From the sequence record NC_052653.1: a stretch of 64,000 nt of DNA; one strand, written 5' to 3'. The stretch comes from Escherichia phage vB_vPM_PD06. The position numbers were made by a program, and so were the translations under genes. Within the stretch, counting starts at the first letter, position 1. Each line of letters starts with the position of its first letter. Below the pieces are notes generated by a model that was not told the DNA's origin, made no database searches, and saw nothing but the letters and a program-made list of their open reading frames with translations. Shown one piece after another: positions 1-8,282 of this stretch.

Positions 1-465
1 GAACTTAACCGTTATCCTAATGACAAATTCTCTGATGCACTTGCATTAATGGGTATCAGTATTACTGAACACGGCTATGCTGCAAAAGAAGTTAAACTTC
101 TGAAAGTTAACGGTGTAGATCGTACAGCAGATGTTTCGTCAGATACCGATATTGACGGTATGACAGCACAAGGTTTGTTTAGCGGTAATCGTTATGTTGT
201 AGCTGTAGATCATAAGTCAGGAGAAGAGCATCTTCCTGAAATGGAAGGGATTGTTACCGTAGAAGATAAAGATGAAGAAGGTGACTACTACTGGGGTGTA
301 GACCGTATCTTGCTAACGTATGATGAAAAACACATTCGTACAATGGGTGGTGACGGTTATCACTTTATGTTCACCGATGATAAAGGTAACAACATTGAAG
401 TTGTTATTAAAAACAAAGAACGTAAAAACTACACAGAGTATGTGTTTGGTGGTCGTTCTTACTAA
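1..465 (+). CDS. hypothetical protein, 5' end cut by window edge
   Basis: The frame of the 49..465 ORF stays open back to base 1 (ELNRYPNDKFSDALAL-MGIS...), so the start lies upstream. A hairpin plus T-run follows. Confidence 0.7.
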   Translation, partial: ELNRYPNDKFSDALALMGISITEHGYAAKEVKLLKVNGVDRTADVSSDTDIDGMTAQGLFSGNRYVVAVDHKSGEEHLPEMEGIVTVEDKDEEGDYYWGVDRILLTYDEKHIRTMGGDGYHFMFTDDKGNNIEVVIKNKERKNYTEYVFGGRSY

Positions 466-474
466 GTGATAAAA

Positions 475-497
475 GGAGGCGAAAGCCTCCTTTATTT
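475..497 (+). terminator. rho-independent terminator (GAAA tetraloop)
   Basis: ggaggc-gaaa-gcctcc followed by tttattt, directly after the stop at 465. Confidence 0.7.
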
Positions 498-499
498 AT

Positions 500-703
500 A
501 TGGAGGGTATTATGGATCATTATTTTGTTTTTAAAGATAAAGTTGATACAGCAGGTGGTCACGTTGCTAAAAATGATCGTGACATTAAAGAAGTATTAGG
601 AGATCTGATTAACATTTTAGAACAAAAAGAGTTGCTTTTAGATAAGGATATTGCTAGACTTCTTGGTGTGGGGACAAGTGATATACAAAGATTACCATTC
701 TAA
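500..703 (+). CDS. hypothetical protein (67 aa; alternative start at 512)
   Basis: ORF track. GGAGGG lies just upstream of the ATG at 512, so 512 may be the real start. Confidence 0.6.
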   Translation: MEGIMDHYFVFKDKVDTAGGHVAKNDRDIKEVLGDLINILEQKELLLDKDIARLLGVGTSDIQRLPF

Positions 704-714
704 AGGGGAAGAAA

Positions 715-870
715 ATGCTTACAGATGATGAATATAAAGCTATCCAGGAAAAACTAACGGAGCTTGAAACTCTTGCTGCAAATCTTAAAGATCAATCACA
801 TGCTGGAAAGTTACTACGTCAAGAGATTAATAAAATTAAGCAGATGATATTCTTTTGGACGGAGGATTAA
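715..870 (+). CDS. small hypothetical protein (51 aa, helical/coiled-coil-like)
   Basis: Hand-translated ORF below the track cutoff: MLTDDEYKAIQEKLTELETLAANLKDQSHAGKLLRQEINKIKQMIFFWTED. aaagggga lies upstream, and it fills the gap between neighbouring genes. Confidence 0.45.
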   Translation: MLTDDEYKAIQEKLTELETLAANLKDQSHAGKLLRQEINKIKQMIFFWTED

Positions 871-872
871 AA

Positions 873-1529
873 ATGACTGTTAAGCATATTTCTTTTGATG
901 TATGGAATACTCTTATTACTGCTAATCCTTTGTATGCAGAAGAACGCAACAAGGTTATTGCCGAGTATACCTCTTGTTCTGAGGCAGAAGCAGCTACCGT
1001 ATATAAAGAGGTAAAAACTCTCCTGGATTTAAAAGCAGAAAAAGGCGTTTGTGGAACGTCTAGGAATGCTTGGGAAACACTTTCTACTCGTTTGAACATT
1101 GATCTTGATAAGGTGGATGGATTAAAAAGAGACTGTTTAGCAATGTTTATAAAACATCCTCCAATATTGAACCCTGAGCTTTGCAAGAAGTTGGAAGAGC
1201 TAAGTTCAACCTATTCTTTGAGTATTAAGAGCAATACTAATTTTGTACCAGGTAGTTTCTTAGCTGTATATTCTGGCTTAACAAAATTACCATTTGACTT
1301 TATGCATTTTTCTGATGAGTTTTGCTTGTGTAAACCAGATCCTAGGTTTTTTAAACTCTCTTTTGATGAAATGGTAACGTTTGATCTCGCACCAGAGGAG
1401 ATTTTACACGTTGGAGATAGTTTGATCTATGATGGAAAAGCTGTTGACATAGGGATGAAGTTCTGTCATATTATTAATCCAGAAGATTTGTTGGCTAAAC
1501 TTAAAAAAGAGGAACTTATTAATGCGTAA
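873..1529 (+). CDS. HAD-superfamily hydrolase (phosphatase/dehalogenase-like)
   Basis: Motif I FDVWNTL, a CKPDP lysine motif and motif IV GDSLIYDG. GGAGG lies 7 nt before the ATG at 873; the track start at 855 lacks an RBS. The 3' end overlaps the next gene (ATGCGTAA). Confidence 0.8.
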   Translation: MTVKHISFDVWNTLITANPLYAEERNKVIAEYTSCSEAEAATVYKEVKTLLDLKAEKGVCGTSRNAWETLSTRLNIDLDKVDGLKRDCLAMFIKHPPILNPELCKKLEELSSTYSLSIKSNTNFVPGSFLAVYSGLTKLPFDFMHFSDEFCLCKPDPRFFKLSFDEMVTFDLAPEEILHVGDSLIYDGKAVDIGMKFCHIINPEDLLAKLKKEELINA

Positions 1530-2379
1530 TCAAATTCAACATTTTGCTAATACTTTTACTAACCTGAAGGAAGCAAAATTTAACATTGCAGATTATTCCA
1601 AACTAAAGTTTGGTAGTAACCAGGCAGCAAAAAGAATGGGACGCATTCTGGCTGAAAGTTTCTTTTCTAAATATGAAGAACGACTAGTAAATGAAAGTTT
1701 TGTTGTTATTCCATCTCCATACAACTATGTGAAAAATGCAGCTACAGTGTTATCTGAACATTTTGTAGATCACCTCAACTACCTAATCTCTATCAAAGGA
1801 GGTAAAGCAGTAGAGTGGGATATCGTTCATCGTAAAGTGAGTTATATCAATGATTATGGATTTCTTAGCAAAGAAGATCGTAAGGCTTTGATCGATGGTG
1901 ACACTTTCTCTATCAATCGTGATTTCTGGGGTAATAAAACTCTGATTTTCATTGATGATGTTAATATTACAGGAACACACGAAGAAAAACTTATTGAAAT
2001 TTTAGACAAAGAAGGTGTTGAAAACGATACGTTTTTCCTGTACTTTGCAAAGTATGAAGGTACAGAAGCCAACACCGAAGCTGCGCTTAACTTCAACTAT
2101 ATCAATAACTTGGCAGCTTTTATTAAAATGATTAAGCAAGAAACTGATGCTAAATGTTTGGTTCGTCCTATTAAGTATCTAATGAGTCAAAGCGAAGTTG
2201 ATTTTAAAATTGCACTTTCACAACTTCCTTTGTATTATGTAGAACAACTGTTCTTTGGTTGCCTTGCAGAAGGTTACAATAATATTGAAAAATACAAAGA
2301 GAACTTTGATTTCCTGCGTCAATTTTTTGAAAGCAACATTATCAACAAATCTAATGTTAAAGGGGATTATTATGTCTAA
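1522..2379 (+). CDS. type I phosphoribosyltransferase (Ter-associated PRTase-like)
   Basis: PRPP-binding loop LIFIDDVNITGTHEEK. The start overlaps the HAD stop and the stop overlaps the next start. Confidence 0.8.
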   Translation: MRNQIQHFANTFTNLKEAKFNIADYSKLKFGSNQAAKRMGRILAESFFSKYEERLVNESFVVIPSPYNYVKNAATVLSEHFVDHLNYLISIKGGKAVEWDIVHRKVSYINDYGFLSKEDRKALIDGDTFSINRDFWGNKTLIFIDDVNITGTHEEKLIEILDKEGVENDTFFLYFAKYEGTEANTEAALNFNYINNLAAFIKMIKQETDAKCLVRPIKYLMSQSEVDFKIALSQLPLYYVEQLFFGCLAEGYNNIEKYKENFDFLRQFFESNIINKSNVKGDYYV

Positions 2380-3088
2380 TAAAGTGACGACTTTCGGAGA
2401 TCCTATCACCAATATTACAGAAAAAGATTTTGGGCGTGTAGCAACAGATAAAGATGGTGTCTTAAGAATTCGTGTACAAGGCATTACAGCACAGGATGAA
2501 TATGCTGTGTATGTTTCAGGTCTTAATTATATTGATGATCGCATTACACAAAACTTTGCACTGATCGGTGGTGTAGAGAAAATGTACTGGGAAGATGAAA
2601 TTGTAACAAGTTATCCAGCAGGTATCATTGAGGTACACGGTGATCTTTTAGCAGCAGCCGAGAGAGGCGATATAGACGCTATAGCACACTGCTGTAACTG
2701 TTTTTGCACTATGGGTAGTGGTATTGCACCAAAAATTAAAAGCAAGTGGCCTGGTGCGTTTAAAGCAGATTGTGCCACTAAGCGTGGTGATTATAAAAAA
2801 TTAGGTACGTTTACTAAGTATACAGAAAACAATTTGACAATTTATAATTTATATGGACAATATGGTTATAGTCGTCGTGAGGAAGGTAAGCGTGACCTGA
2901 ATTATGAAGCTATCTACAATGCGTTAGATAGTATGGGAGACGATGTTGTATCTTCAGGCGGTAAAATTGTAGGTTTACCAATGCTTGGTTGTGGTTTGGC
3001 TGGAGGTTCTTGGAATATTGTAAAACTTATGATCGAAGAAACTCTAGTGAACAAAGGTTTAAATGTAATTGTTTACAAACTGAAATAA
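2372..3088 (+). CDS. macrodomain protein (ADP-ribose binding/hydrolase family) with ~85 aa N-terminal extension
   Basis: Macro motifs AHCCNCFCTMGSGIAPKIKSKWP and GLPMLGCGLAGGSW. The ATG at 2372 overlaps the PRTase stop (ATGTCTAA). The track start at 2255 lies inside the PRTase gene. Confidence 0.8.
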   Translation: MSNKVTTFGDPITNITEKDFGRVATDKDGVLRIRVQGITAQDEYAVYVSGLNYIDDRITQNFALIGGVEKMYWEDEIVTSYPAGIIEVHGDLLAAAERGDIDAIAHCCNCFCTMGSGIAPKIKSKWPGAFKADCATKRGDYKKLGTFTKYTENNLTIYNLYGQYGYSRREEGKRDLNYEAIYNALDSMGDDVVSSGGKIVGLPMLGCGLAGGSWNIVKLMIEETLVNKGLNVIVYKLK

Positions 3089-3097
3089 GGAGAAAGT

Positions 3098-3304
3098 ATG
3101 GCAGGTGTTTTAGCAGTATTAGGTTGTTTTATTGTTGTATTCTTGATTGTGTTAATCCCTAGTTGGCTACTGCTTTTAGCATACAACTATATGATTGACA
3201 TTATCGGTTTAGACTGGCATCATGTTCCTGTAACGTTTTGGAGTGTAGTCTGTGTGACGTTCATTCTTGCGGTACTTCGTGGTATCTTTCAATCTAACAA
3301 ATAA
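3098..3304 (+). CDS. small membrane protein (2 predicted TM helices)
   Basis: Hydrophobic sequence MAGVLAVLGCFIVVFLIVLIPSWLLLLAY...VVCVTFILAVL. An AGGAGA RBS is present. Confidence 0.65.
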   Translation: MAGVLAVLGCFIVVFLIVLIPSWLLLLAYNYMIDIIGLDWHHVPVTFWSVVCVTFILAVLRGIFQSNK

Positions 3305-3318
3305 GAGAGGATCTTTAT

Positions 3319-3567
3319 ATGCGTAAAGTAAATGTTGAAGTGCTTGAAAAATTTAAAAACACTCGTGATTGTACTATTGGTAAGGTTTATGAGGCTATTC
3401 TCCTTGAAGATGGAGATATTGTTCCTGCCCCGTATCACGCCTTTAATGGTCAGGTTAGCAAAGTGGAAGGTGGTCTTGCTGTTTGCTTTATTGATGATGT
3501 AGGTGATGCTGTAGCTTTCCCTATCATTAACAAAGAAGATAAACTTAAAATTACAGAACTGAACTAG
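3319..3567 (+). CDS. hypothetical protein (82 aa)
   Basis: ORF track; GAGAGG RBS upstream. Confidence 0.65.
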   Translation: MRKVNVEVLEKFKNTRDCTIGKVYEAILLEDGDIVPAPYHAFNGQVSKVEGGLAVCFIDDVGDAVAFPIINKEDKLKITELN

Positions 3568-3595
3568 TTGACTTTCTTTAAAAACAGTTTATAGT
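3568..3595 (+). promoter_or_regulatory. sigma70-like promoter TTGACT-16-TATAGT
   Basis: TTGACT at 3568..3573 and TATAGT at 3590..3595, immediately after the preceding stop codon and upstream of terC. Confidence 0.5.
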
Positions 3596-3607
3596 ATACG
3601 ACATATA

Positions 3608-3626
3608 GCGGAGGATTGTCCTCCGC
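3608..3626 (+). promoter_or_regulatory. 5' leader hairpin upstream of terC
   Basis: gcggagg-attgt-cctccgc (7 bp stem) between the putative promoter and the AGAGGAG RBS. Confidence 0.45.
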
Positions 3627-3644
3627 ATTAAAGAGGAGAAAAGA

Positions 3645-4622
3645 ATGCAACTGGGTTTCCCAATTATTGATGTGGTTGTTTTAGTGGGTATTTTAGTCTT
3701 GTCGATTTGTATTGATTTCTTCGGACACAGAGAAAACAAAGAAATCTCATTTAAATCTGCAATTGGCTGGTCAATTTTCTGGATTGGGGTATCATTAGCC
3801 TACTATGGTTTTGTATACTTCCAACACGGTGCTGATTTCGCGAGCTTGTTCTTGAGTGGGTATGTGTTGGAGAAATCTCTTTCTGTAGATAACTTAGTAG
3901 TATTTGTGGCAGTATTCGCAAGTTTTGGTATTAAAAGCACACACTTGCAACACAAGATTCTACTTTGGGGTATTGCAGGTGCGATTGTCTTCCGAGGTGT
4001 GTTTGTAGCAGTAGGCACTTACTTGTTGAGTTTGGGCTGGTATGTTAATATCTTCTTCGGTGCTGTCATCCTTTTCTGTGCAGCTAAAATGGTATTCGCT
4101 GGAGATAATGACGCAGAAGTTGATTACTCTAAACACTGGGCTACTCGCATTGTTCGTAAGCTGTTCCCTGTATCTGATCAGATGGATGGTGAGAAGTTCT
4201 TCACAATCAAAAATGGTGTTCGTGTAGCAACTCCTGCATTGGTTTGTGTGTTTGTAATGGAAATGGTTGACGTAATCTTTGCAGTAGACTCTGTTCCAGC
4301 AGTAATTGCAGTGACACAAGAACCTCTGCTTGTATTTTCTTCAATGCTGTGTGCAATTTTAGGTCTACGTGCTCTGTTCTTTGTCCTTAGTGTTGCACTG
4401 AAATATTTGGTTCATCTGGAGAAAGCAGTTATCGTAGTCCTGGTATTTGTGGGTGTAAAACTGATGTATCACCCGTTTGCAGAAACTCTGCACGCAAAAG
4501 TGAGTTTCCTGCCAGCACACATTGATCCGACGATCAGTATGTATATTGTGTTAGGTACTCTGGGGCTGGGTGTTATTGCAAGTTTAATCTTCCCTGAAAA
4601 AGAAGACCAGGCTGTTGCTTAA
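3645..4622 (+). CDS. terC: TerC-family integral membrane protein
   Basis: A 325 aa polytopic membrane protein with TerC/Alx-like blocks (EKSLSVDNLVVF, MEMVDVIFAVDSVPAV). Confidence 0.8.
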   Translation: MQLGFPIIDVVVLVGILVLSICIDFFGHRENKEISFKSAIGWSIFWIGVSLAYYGFVYFQHGADFASLFLSGYVLEKSLSVDNLVVFVAVFASFGIKSTHLQHKILLWGIAGAIVFRGVFVAVGTYLLSLGWYVNIFFGAVILFCAAKMVFAGDNDAEVDYSKHWATRIVRKLFPVSDQMDGEKFFTIKNGVRVATPALVCVFVMEMVDVIFAVDSVPAVIAVTQEPLLVFSSMLCAILGLRALFFVLSVALKYLVHLEKAVIVVLVFVGVKLMYHPFAETLHAKVSFLPAHIDPTISMYIVLGTLGLGVIASLIFPEKEDQAVA

Positions 4623-4628
4623 TTCATT

Positions 4629-4650
4629 AAGCCCCTTCGGGGGCTTTGTT
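4629..4650 (+). terminator. rho-independent terminator (TTCG tetraloop)
   Basis: aagcccc-ttcg-ggggctt followed by tgtt. Confidence 0.65.
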
Positions 4651-4661
4651 GAGGTGATCTG

Positions 4662-4868
4662 ATGGTGGTTTTACGTGTTCTTTGGATTCTGTTTGAAAAT
4701 ATTTGTTTTGCTTTAGGGTTATTTTGTTTGATTTTTATCTTGACAACATACATTGATAACCATACAATTACTATCAACAGGAACGGAGAACAGATGTATT
4801 GTTTCTCTAGGGATTTTAAAAATTGTGTCGAGACTTTAAATGAGAGGGTTACAAATGAAAAACATTAA
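4662..4868 (+). CDS. small membrane protein (68 aa)
   Basis: GAGGTGA RBS. Hydrophobic N-terminal half (VVLRVLWILFENICFALGLFCLIFILTTY). Confidence 0.55.
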   Translation: MVVLRVLWILFENICFALGLFCLIFILTTYIDNHTITINRNGEQMYCFSRDFKNCVETLNERVTNEKH

Positions 4869-5445
4869 ATCTTTTATTGTTGCAGTTGTTTTAGGTAGTG
4901 CATTGCTGGTAGGTTGTGATGATTCTGAAAATGTACAAAACCAACGTTACCAACAAACACCAAATCAGATGGTAGATGAACAATATGTAAATCAACCTGC
5001 ACCTCAAGTTGTTCAAGCAGCACCTGCACAACCTTCAACAGTTGTTGTGCAAGGAGGCGGTAGTGGTTCTTCTGGTGTAGGTGAATTTGCTACAGGTATG
5101 CTTCTTGGTCATATGTTGAGTGGTAATAGTGGCGGTGGTGGTTATAGAGATGGCGGTAGCAATACAACAATTATTAATAACAACGCTGCTCCTACAACTA
5201 ACAGTAAATCATATACAACACAAAAGCATAGTTTTTATGATAAACAAGGGAATACATATACAACAACTAAACAAAACACAATTAAGCAGCAAAGTGTACA
5301 AACGTATTCACGCCCATCAACAACAAAAGTGAATAGTGATTACTCTGCTCGTAAGTCTTACTCAAGCCCTATTAGCTCTTATAGTAAGTCTTCGAAAAGT
5401 TATTCTTCGTCGAAACGTAGTTTTAGTAGCTCACGTCGTCGTTAA
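4855..5445 (+). CDS. lipoprotein, Q/N/S/T-rich low-complexity body
   Basis: MKNIKSFIVAVVLGSALLVGC has a signal peptide and an LVGC lipobox. GAGAGGG lies before the ATG at 4855; the track start at 4840 is less likely. Confidence 0.7.
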   Translation: MKNIKSFIVAVVLGSALLVGCDDSENVQNQRYQQTPNQMVDEQYVNQPAPQVVQAAPAQPSTVVVQGGGSGSSGVGEFATGMLLGHMLSGNSGGGGYRDGGSNTTIINNNAAPTTNSKSYTTQKHSFYDKQGNTYTTTKQNTIKQQSVQTYSRPSTTKVNSDYSARKSYSSPISSYSKSSKSYSSSKRSFSSSRRR

Positions 5446-5480
5446 TAATTTAATACAGATTAAATAAGAAGGAGAAACAG

Positions 5481-6332
5481 ATGAAACTAGAAGTTGGTAA
5501 AGTGTATCGCCTGGAAGGTTGGATCTTTAATCAAGAAATTCTTGAGAAGAATAAAGATGGTTTTGAGTTTGTTGGTACTACCAAAGAAAGTATGCACGAT
5601 GACGAATACTGTAAATTCGTTGGTAAAAATACAGGTCAAGAACAATTTTGCTTTAAAAGCGCAATCGGTGATTATGCTTCTGTAATGCCAACGCCAGAAA
5701 AAACTTCGAAACAATATACTGTCTTTGGTGTAAAACTTGAAGAGCTTGTAGAACACCCACGTTTTGAAGAGTTTAAGGTTGCTGCAATGTGCAAGCATTC
5801 TGAAATTAAGATACATAATTTGTTTGATTTAGAAGATCGGTTTGATATCTTTATGTATGATCGCAGGGGAAAGCATTTTGATGCAACGACTTCAAAATTT
5901 GCTGCAACAGAGGATATTAAAATCCTTGATGTTGATACCTTTCTTGAGAGTGTATCGTTTGTATTCATTCCTAAATACAAAAAACGTAGTGATCATAAAC
6001 GTGTGAAAGGAACTCCTCGTAAAAAACGTACTGTAAACAAAGCAACTTTGCACTTCACTTCTGGTGATAAATATACTCTCAAAGGGTTTGAAAGTGTTTT
6101 GTATGATGCGGGAACGGGTAATATCAAGTTTATCATTAAGGCAACCTACAAAGGTACGGTATTGCACGAAGAGGCTGTTACACTACCTGTATTCGATATC
6201 TCTCGTGTTGAGGTACGGGGTGTTAAAGAGTCCTTCGATCTGGATTTCTTAACCACTAATGCTACTGGTTATGTTAACCTGGAAGCAGATGGAGCATTTA
6301 TTACTACAAATTATTTAGATATGTTTGTTTAA
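5481..6332 (+). CDS. hypothetical protein (283 aa)
   Basis: ORF track; AAGGAGA RBS. No motif recognised. Confidence 0.7.
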   Translation: MKLEVGKVYRLEGWIFNQEILEKNKDGFEFVGTTKESMHDDEYCKFVGKNTGQEQFCFKSAIGDYASVMPTPEKTSKQYTVFGVKLEELVEHPRFEEFKVAAMCKHSEIKIHNLFDLEDRFDIFMYDRRGKHFDATTSKFAATEDIKILDVDTFLESVSFVFIPKYKKRSDHKRVKGTPRKKRTVNKATLHFTSGDKYTLKGFESVLYDAGTGNIKFIIKATYKGTVLHEEAVTLPVFDISRVEVRGVKESFDLDFLTTNATGYVNLEADGAFITTNYLDMFV

Positions 6333-6400
6333 TACTTAATTTGTGTTATGATGGTGGTACAGAGGTATCACCATCTACTAAAGAATATGGAGGAAATTGA

Positions 6401-7504
6401 ATGTCCAGTCCTTTTATCAGTGCCGTAAAAAGCAAACCGTCTGAAACGAGTGTATTCACGGCAACAACAGAAAAAAGTAAGTCTTTGTTTGCTCCAAGTG
6501 CTATGGATGCAAGCCCTGTATATGCCCCTGCTGTTGCACGACCTGTACAAATGCTGCCTCCAATGTCTCGTGAAGAGATTGAACAGGTTGGTGCTGATGC
6601 AGGACTTACTCTTCGTAACCTTAATGCGGAAGTGCTTAAACACCAGCGTTCATCTCAGGGAGATGAAATGAGTGAGCGTTTAACCGCACTTATTAAGCAA
6701 GCAAAGCAACTTGATCCTAATTCTATTAAACAATCTAAAGGTTTAGGTAAGCTAGTTAAGAAAGTATTAGGTATGAAAGAAGATTTGTTTGGAGAATTTG
6801 ACACCATCAATAATCGTATTGAAGGTTTGGTAAAGACACTCCAAACAGACTTGAAAAAAGAAGAAGATTCTTTACGATATCTGCAACGTTTAGAAGAGGC
6901 TATTGCAAAATATGCTCTTAGCTTAAACAGGGATATAGAGCTTCTAACAGCTACTTATGAAAAAGAAGAAGTTCACCTTAATACACTACCTGAAAATGAA
7001 GTAGAAGAGCGTCAACGTACTCGTGATACTATGGATCTGCTTGAAATTCGTATTGCAGACCTGAAAGCCTTGCGTTTACTGTGTGTTCAGATGGGGCCAC
7101 GTGTACAAAGTATGCAGAAAGTATCTGCAAGTTTGATGCGATCAGCCCGTAATATTGTGAATAATGTTATTCCTGCTTACTCTGCAAACTTTTCTATGTA
7201 TATTGAAAGTCTACGCCAGAAGAAAGCAGCCGATACACAGAACAATGTACTGAATGAATTTAATGCTGCTATTGCAATGGGTAGTGATCTGGCTGCACAA
7301 AACCAAATTGAAGCTACACAACTTGCTAATCGTCAAGTATTGGATATTGAGACATTACGTCGCGATCAAGAAAACTTAGTTAAAATGTTGGAAGAAACTA
7401 ATCGGATCAACACTGAAGCCCGTGCTGCTCGTATTGATTACATTCAAGAAGTGCAATCTCTTGAAGATGGTATGATTCAAACTGTTAAACGTGGTCTACT
7501 TTAA
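6401..7504 (+). CDS. telA: TelA/KlaA-like toxic-anion-resistance family protein
   Basis: A 367 aa helical protein with TelA-like stretches (LGKLVKKVLGMKEDLFGEFDTINNRIEGL..., LQRLEEAIAKYALSL). GGAGGA RBS. Confidence 0.7.
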   Translation: MSSPFISAVKSKPSETSVFTATTEKSKSLFAPSAMDASPVYAPAVARPVQMLPPMSREEIEQVGADAGLTLRNLNAEVLKHQRSSQGDEMSERLTALIKQAKQLDPNSIKQSKGLGKLVKKVLGMKEDLFGEFDTINNRIEGLVKTLQTDLKKEEDSLRYLQRLEEAIAKYALSLNRDIELLTATYEKEEVHLNTLPENEVEERQRTRDTMDLLEIRIADLKALRLLCVQMGPRVQSMQKVSASLMRSARNIVNNVIPAYSANFSMYIESLRQKKAADTQNNVLNEFNAAIAMGSDLAAQNQIEATQLANRQVLDIETLRRDQENLVKMLEETNRINTEARAARIDYIQEVQSLEDGMIQTVKRGLL

Positions 7505-7517
7505 GGAGAAATATATT

Positions 7518-7724
7518 ATGAATATTAAAATTTACAAACTGTCTGGTTCTATGATCGCTGTCCAGTACGACAATGAAGATCGTTATGTTCTCCTCCAGGA
7601 TGCTTGGTTAGATGATCCTAATGTATTTACTGTCCTGCGAGAACTACGTTCTGTCTATACCTATTCTTCTAAAGATGGTTTTGATAGTTCAACGATGGAT
7701 TTGGTAAAAGAGGAGAATGTGTAA
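7518..7724 (+). CDS. hypothetical protein (68 aa)
   Basis: The ATG at 7518 is preceded by AAGGAGA. The track start at 7491 overlaps telA. Confidence 0.6.
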   Translation: MNIKIYKLSGSMIAVQYDNEDRYVLLQDAWLDDPNVFTVLRELRSVYTYSSKDGFDSSTMDLVKEENV

Positions 7725-7927
7725 TGAATAAAGATATTCACTTAACTCGTGAAGAATTACAAACCATTATGGAAGATGCTTTCATTGATGGTTGGAAACA
7801 ATGTCAAGAGTCAAATTGGTATGATGCCGAAAACTTTTTGTATTATCATATGACTGCACCTGTAGACGAGCCAACACATTCTGAAACAACTTTGGCCTTA
7901 ATTGATCTTAAGGCTGGTGTATTTTAG
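7724..7927 (+). CDS. hypothetical protein (67 aa)
   Basis: The start overlaps the upstream stop (TAATG). Confidence 0.6.
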   Translation: MNKDIHLTREELQTIMEDAFIDGWKQCQESNWYDAENFLYYHMTAPVDEPTHSETTLALIDLKAGVF

Positions 7928-8019
7928 TTGTAACTATCTCTTTAAACGAGTTACAAAAGATCACCAGAGAGGCTTTCTATTTAGGCTGGAGGGCAGGTAA
8001 AGGAGAAGACAGTGCTTAA
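7912..8019 (+). pseudogene. start-less fragment paralogous to the N-terminus of the 7724..7927 product
   Basis: An open frame without ATG/GTG/TTG encodes ...ISLNELQKITREAFYLGWRAGKGEDSA. Compare LTREELQTIMEDAFIDGWKQ at the start of the upstream gene. Confidence 0.3.
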
Positions 8020-8281
8020 ATTTAATATCAAAGACGATAAATCAGATGAACCTAAATGTTTTGGAGAACTTGACGCAGGTGATACATTCGTATATTATGT
8101 TGCGTATCAAGATTCTGGTTTAGATACGTTCAGAAACTTAGTGTTTATTAAAGTTAATACAAACCAAGCAATGTGTCTGAACGGTTCACAAAGAGGTCAA
8201 CTTAGCTGTATTTCATATGATACAGAAATGGTAGAAGTGGATTTAGAAGTTACTAACATTACACTCAGAAAGGAGAAATAA
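8012..8281 (+). CDS. hypothetical protein (89 aa), GTG start
   Basis: AAGGAGAAG RBS 5 nt before the GTG. Confidence 0.6.
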   Translation: MLKFNIKDDKSDEPKCFGELDAGDTFVYYVAYQDSGLDTFRNLVFIKVNTNQAMCLNGSQRGQLSCISYDTEMVEVDLEVTNITLRKEK

Positions 8282-8282
8282 T

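Noticed and set aside
2255-2371. An N-terminal extension of the macrodomain ORF (track start at 2255), with similar upstream extensions at 855, 4840, 7491, 11256, 12971, 16876, 21417, 52594 and 62708.
   Set aside because: The extensions lie inside the preceding gene and lack an RBS. Downstream in-frame starts have Shine-Dalgarno sequences and stop/start overlaps.
3596-3644. A possible yybP-ykoY (Mn2+) riboswitch upstream of terC.
   Set aside because: The leader is only about 50 nt with a single 7 bp hairpin, which is far too short for that riboswitch.
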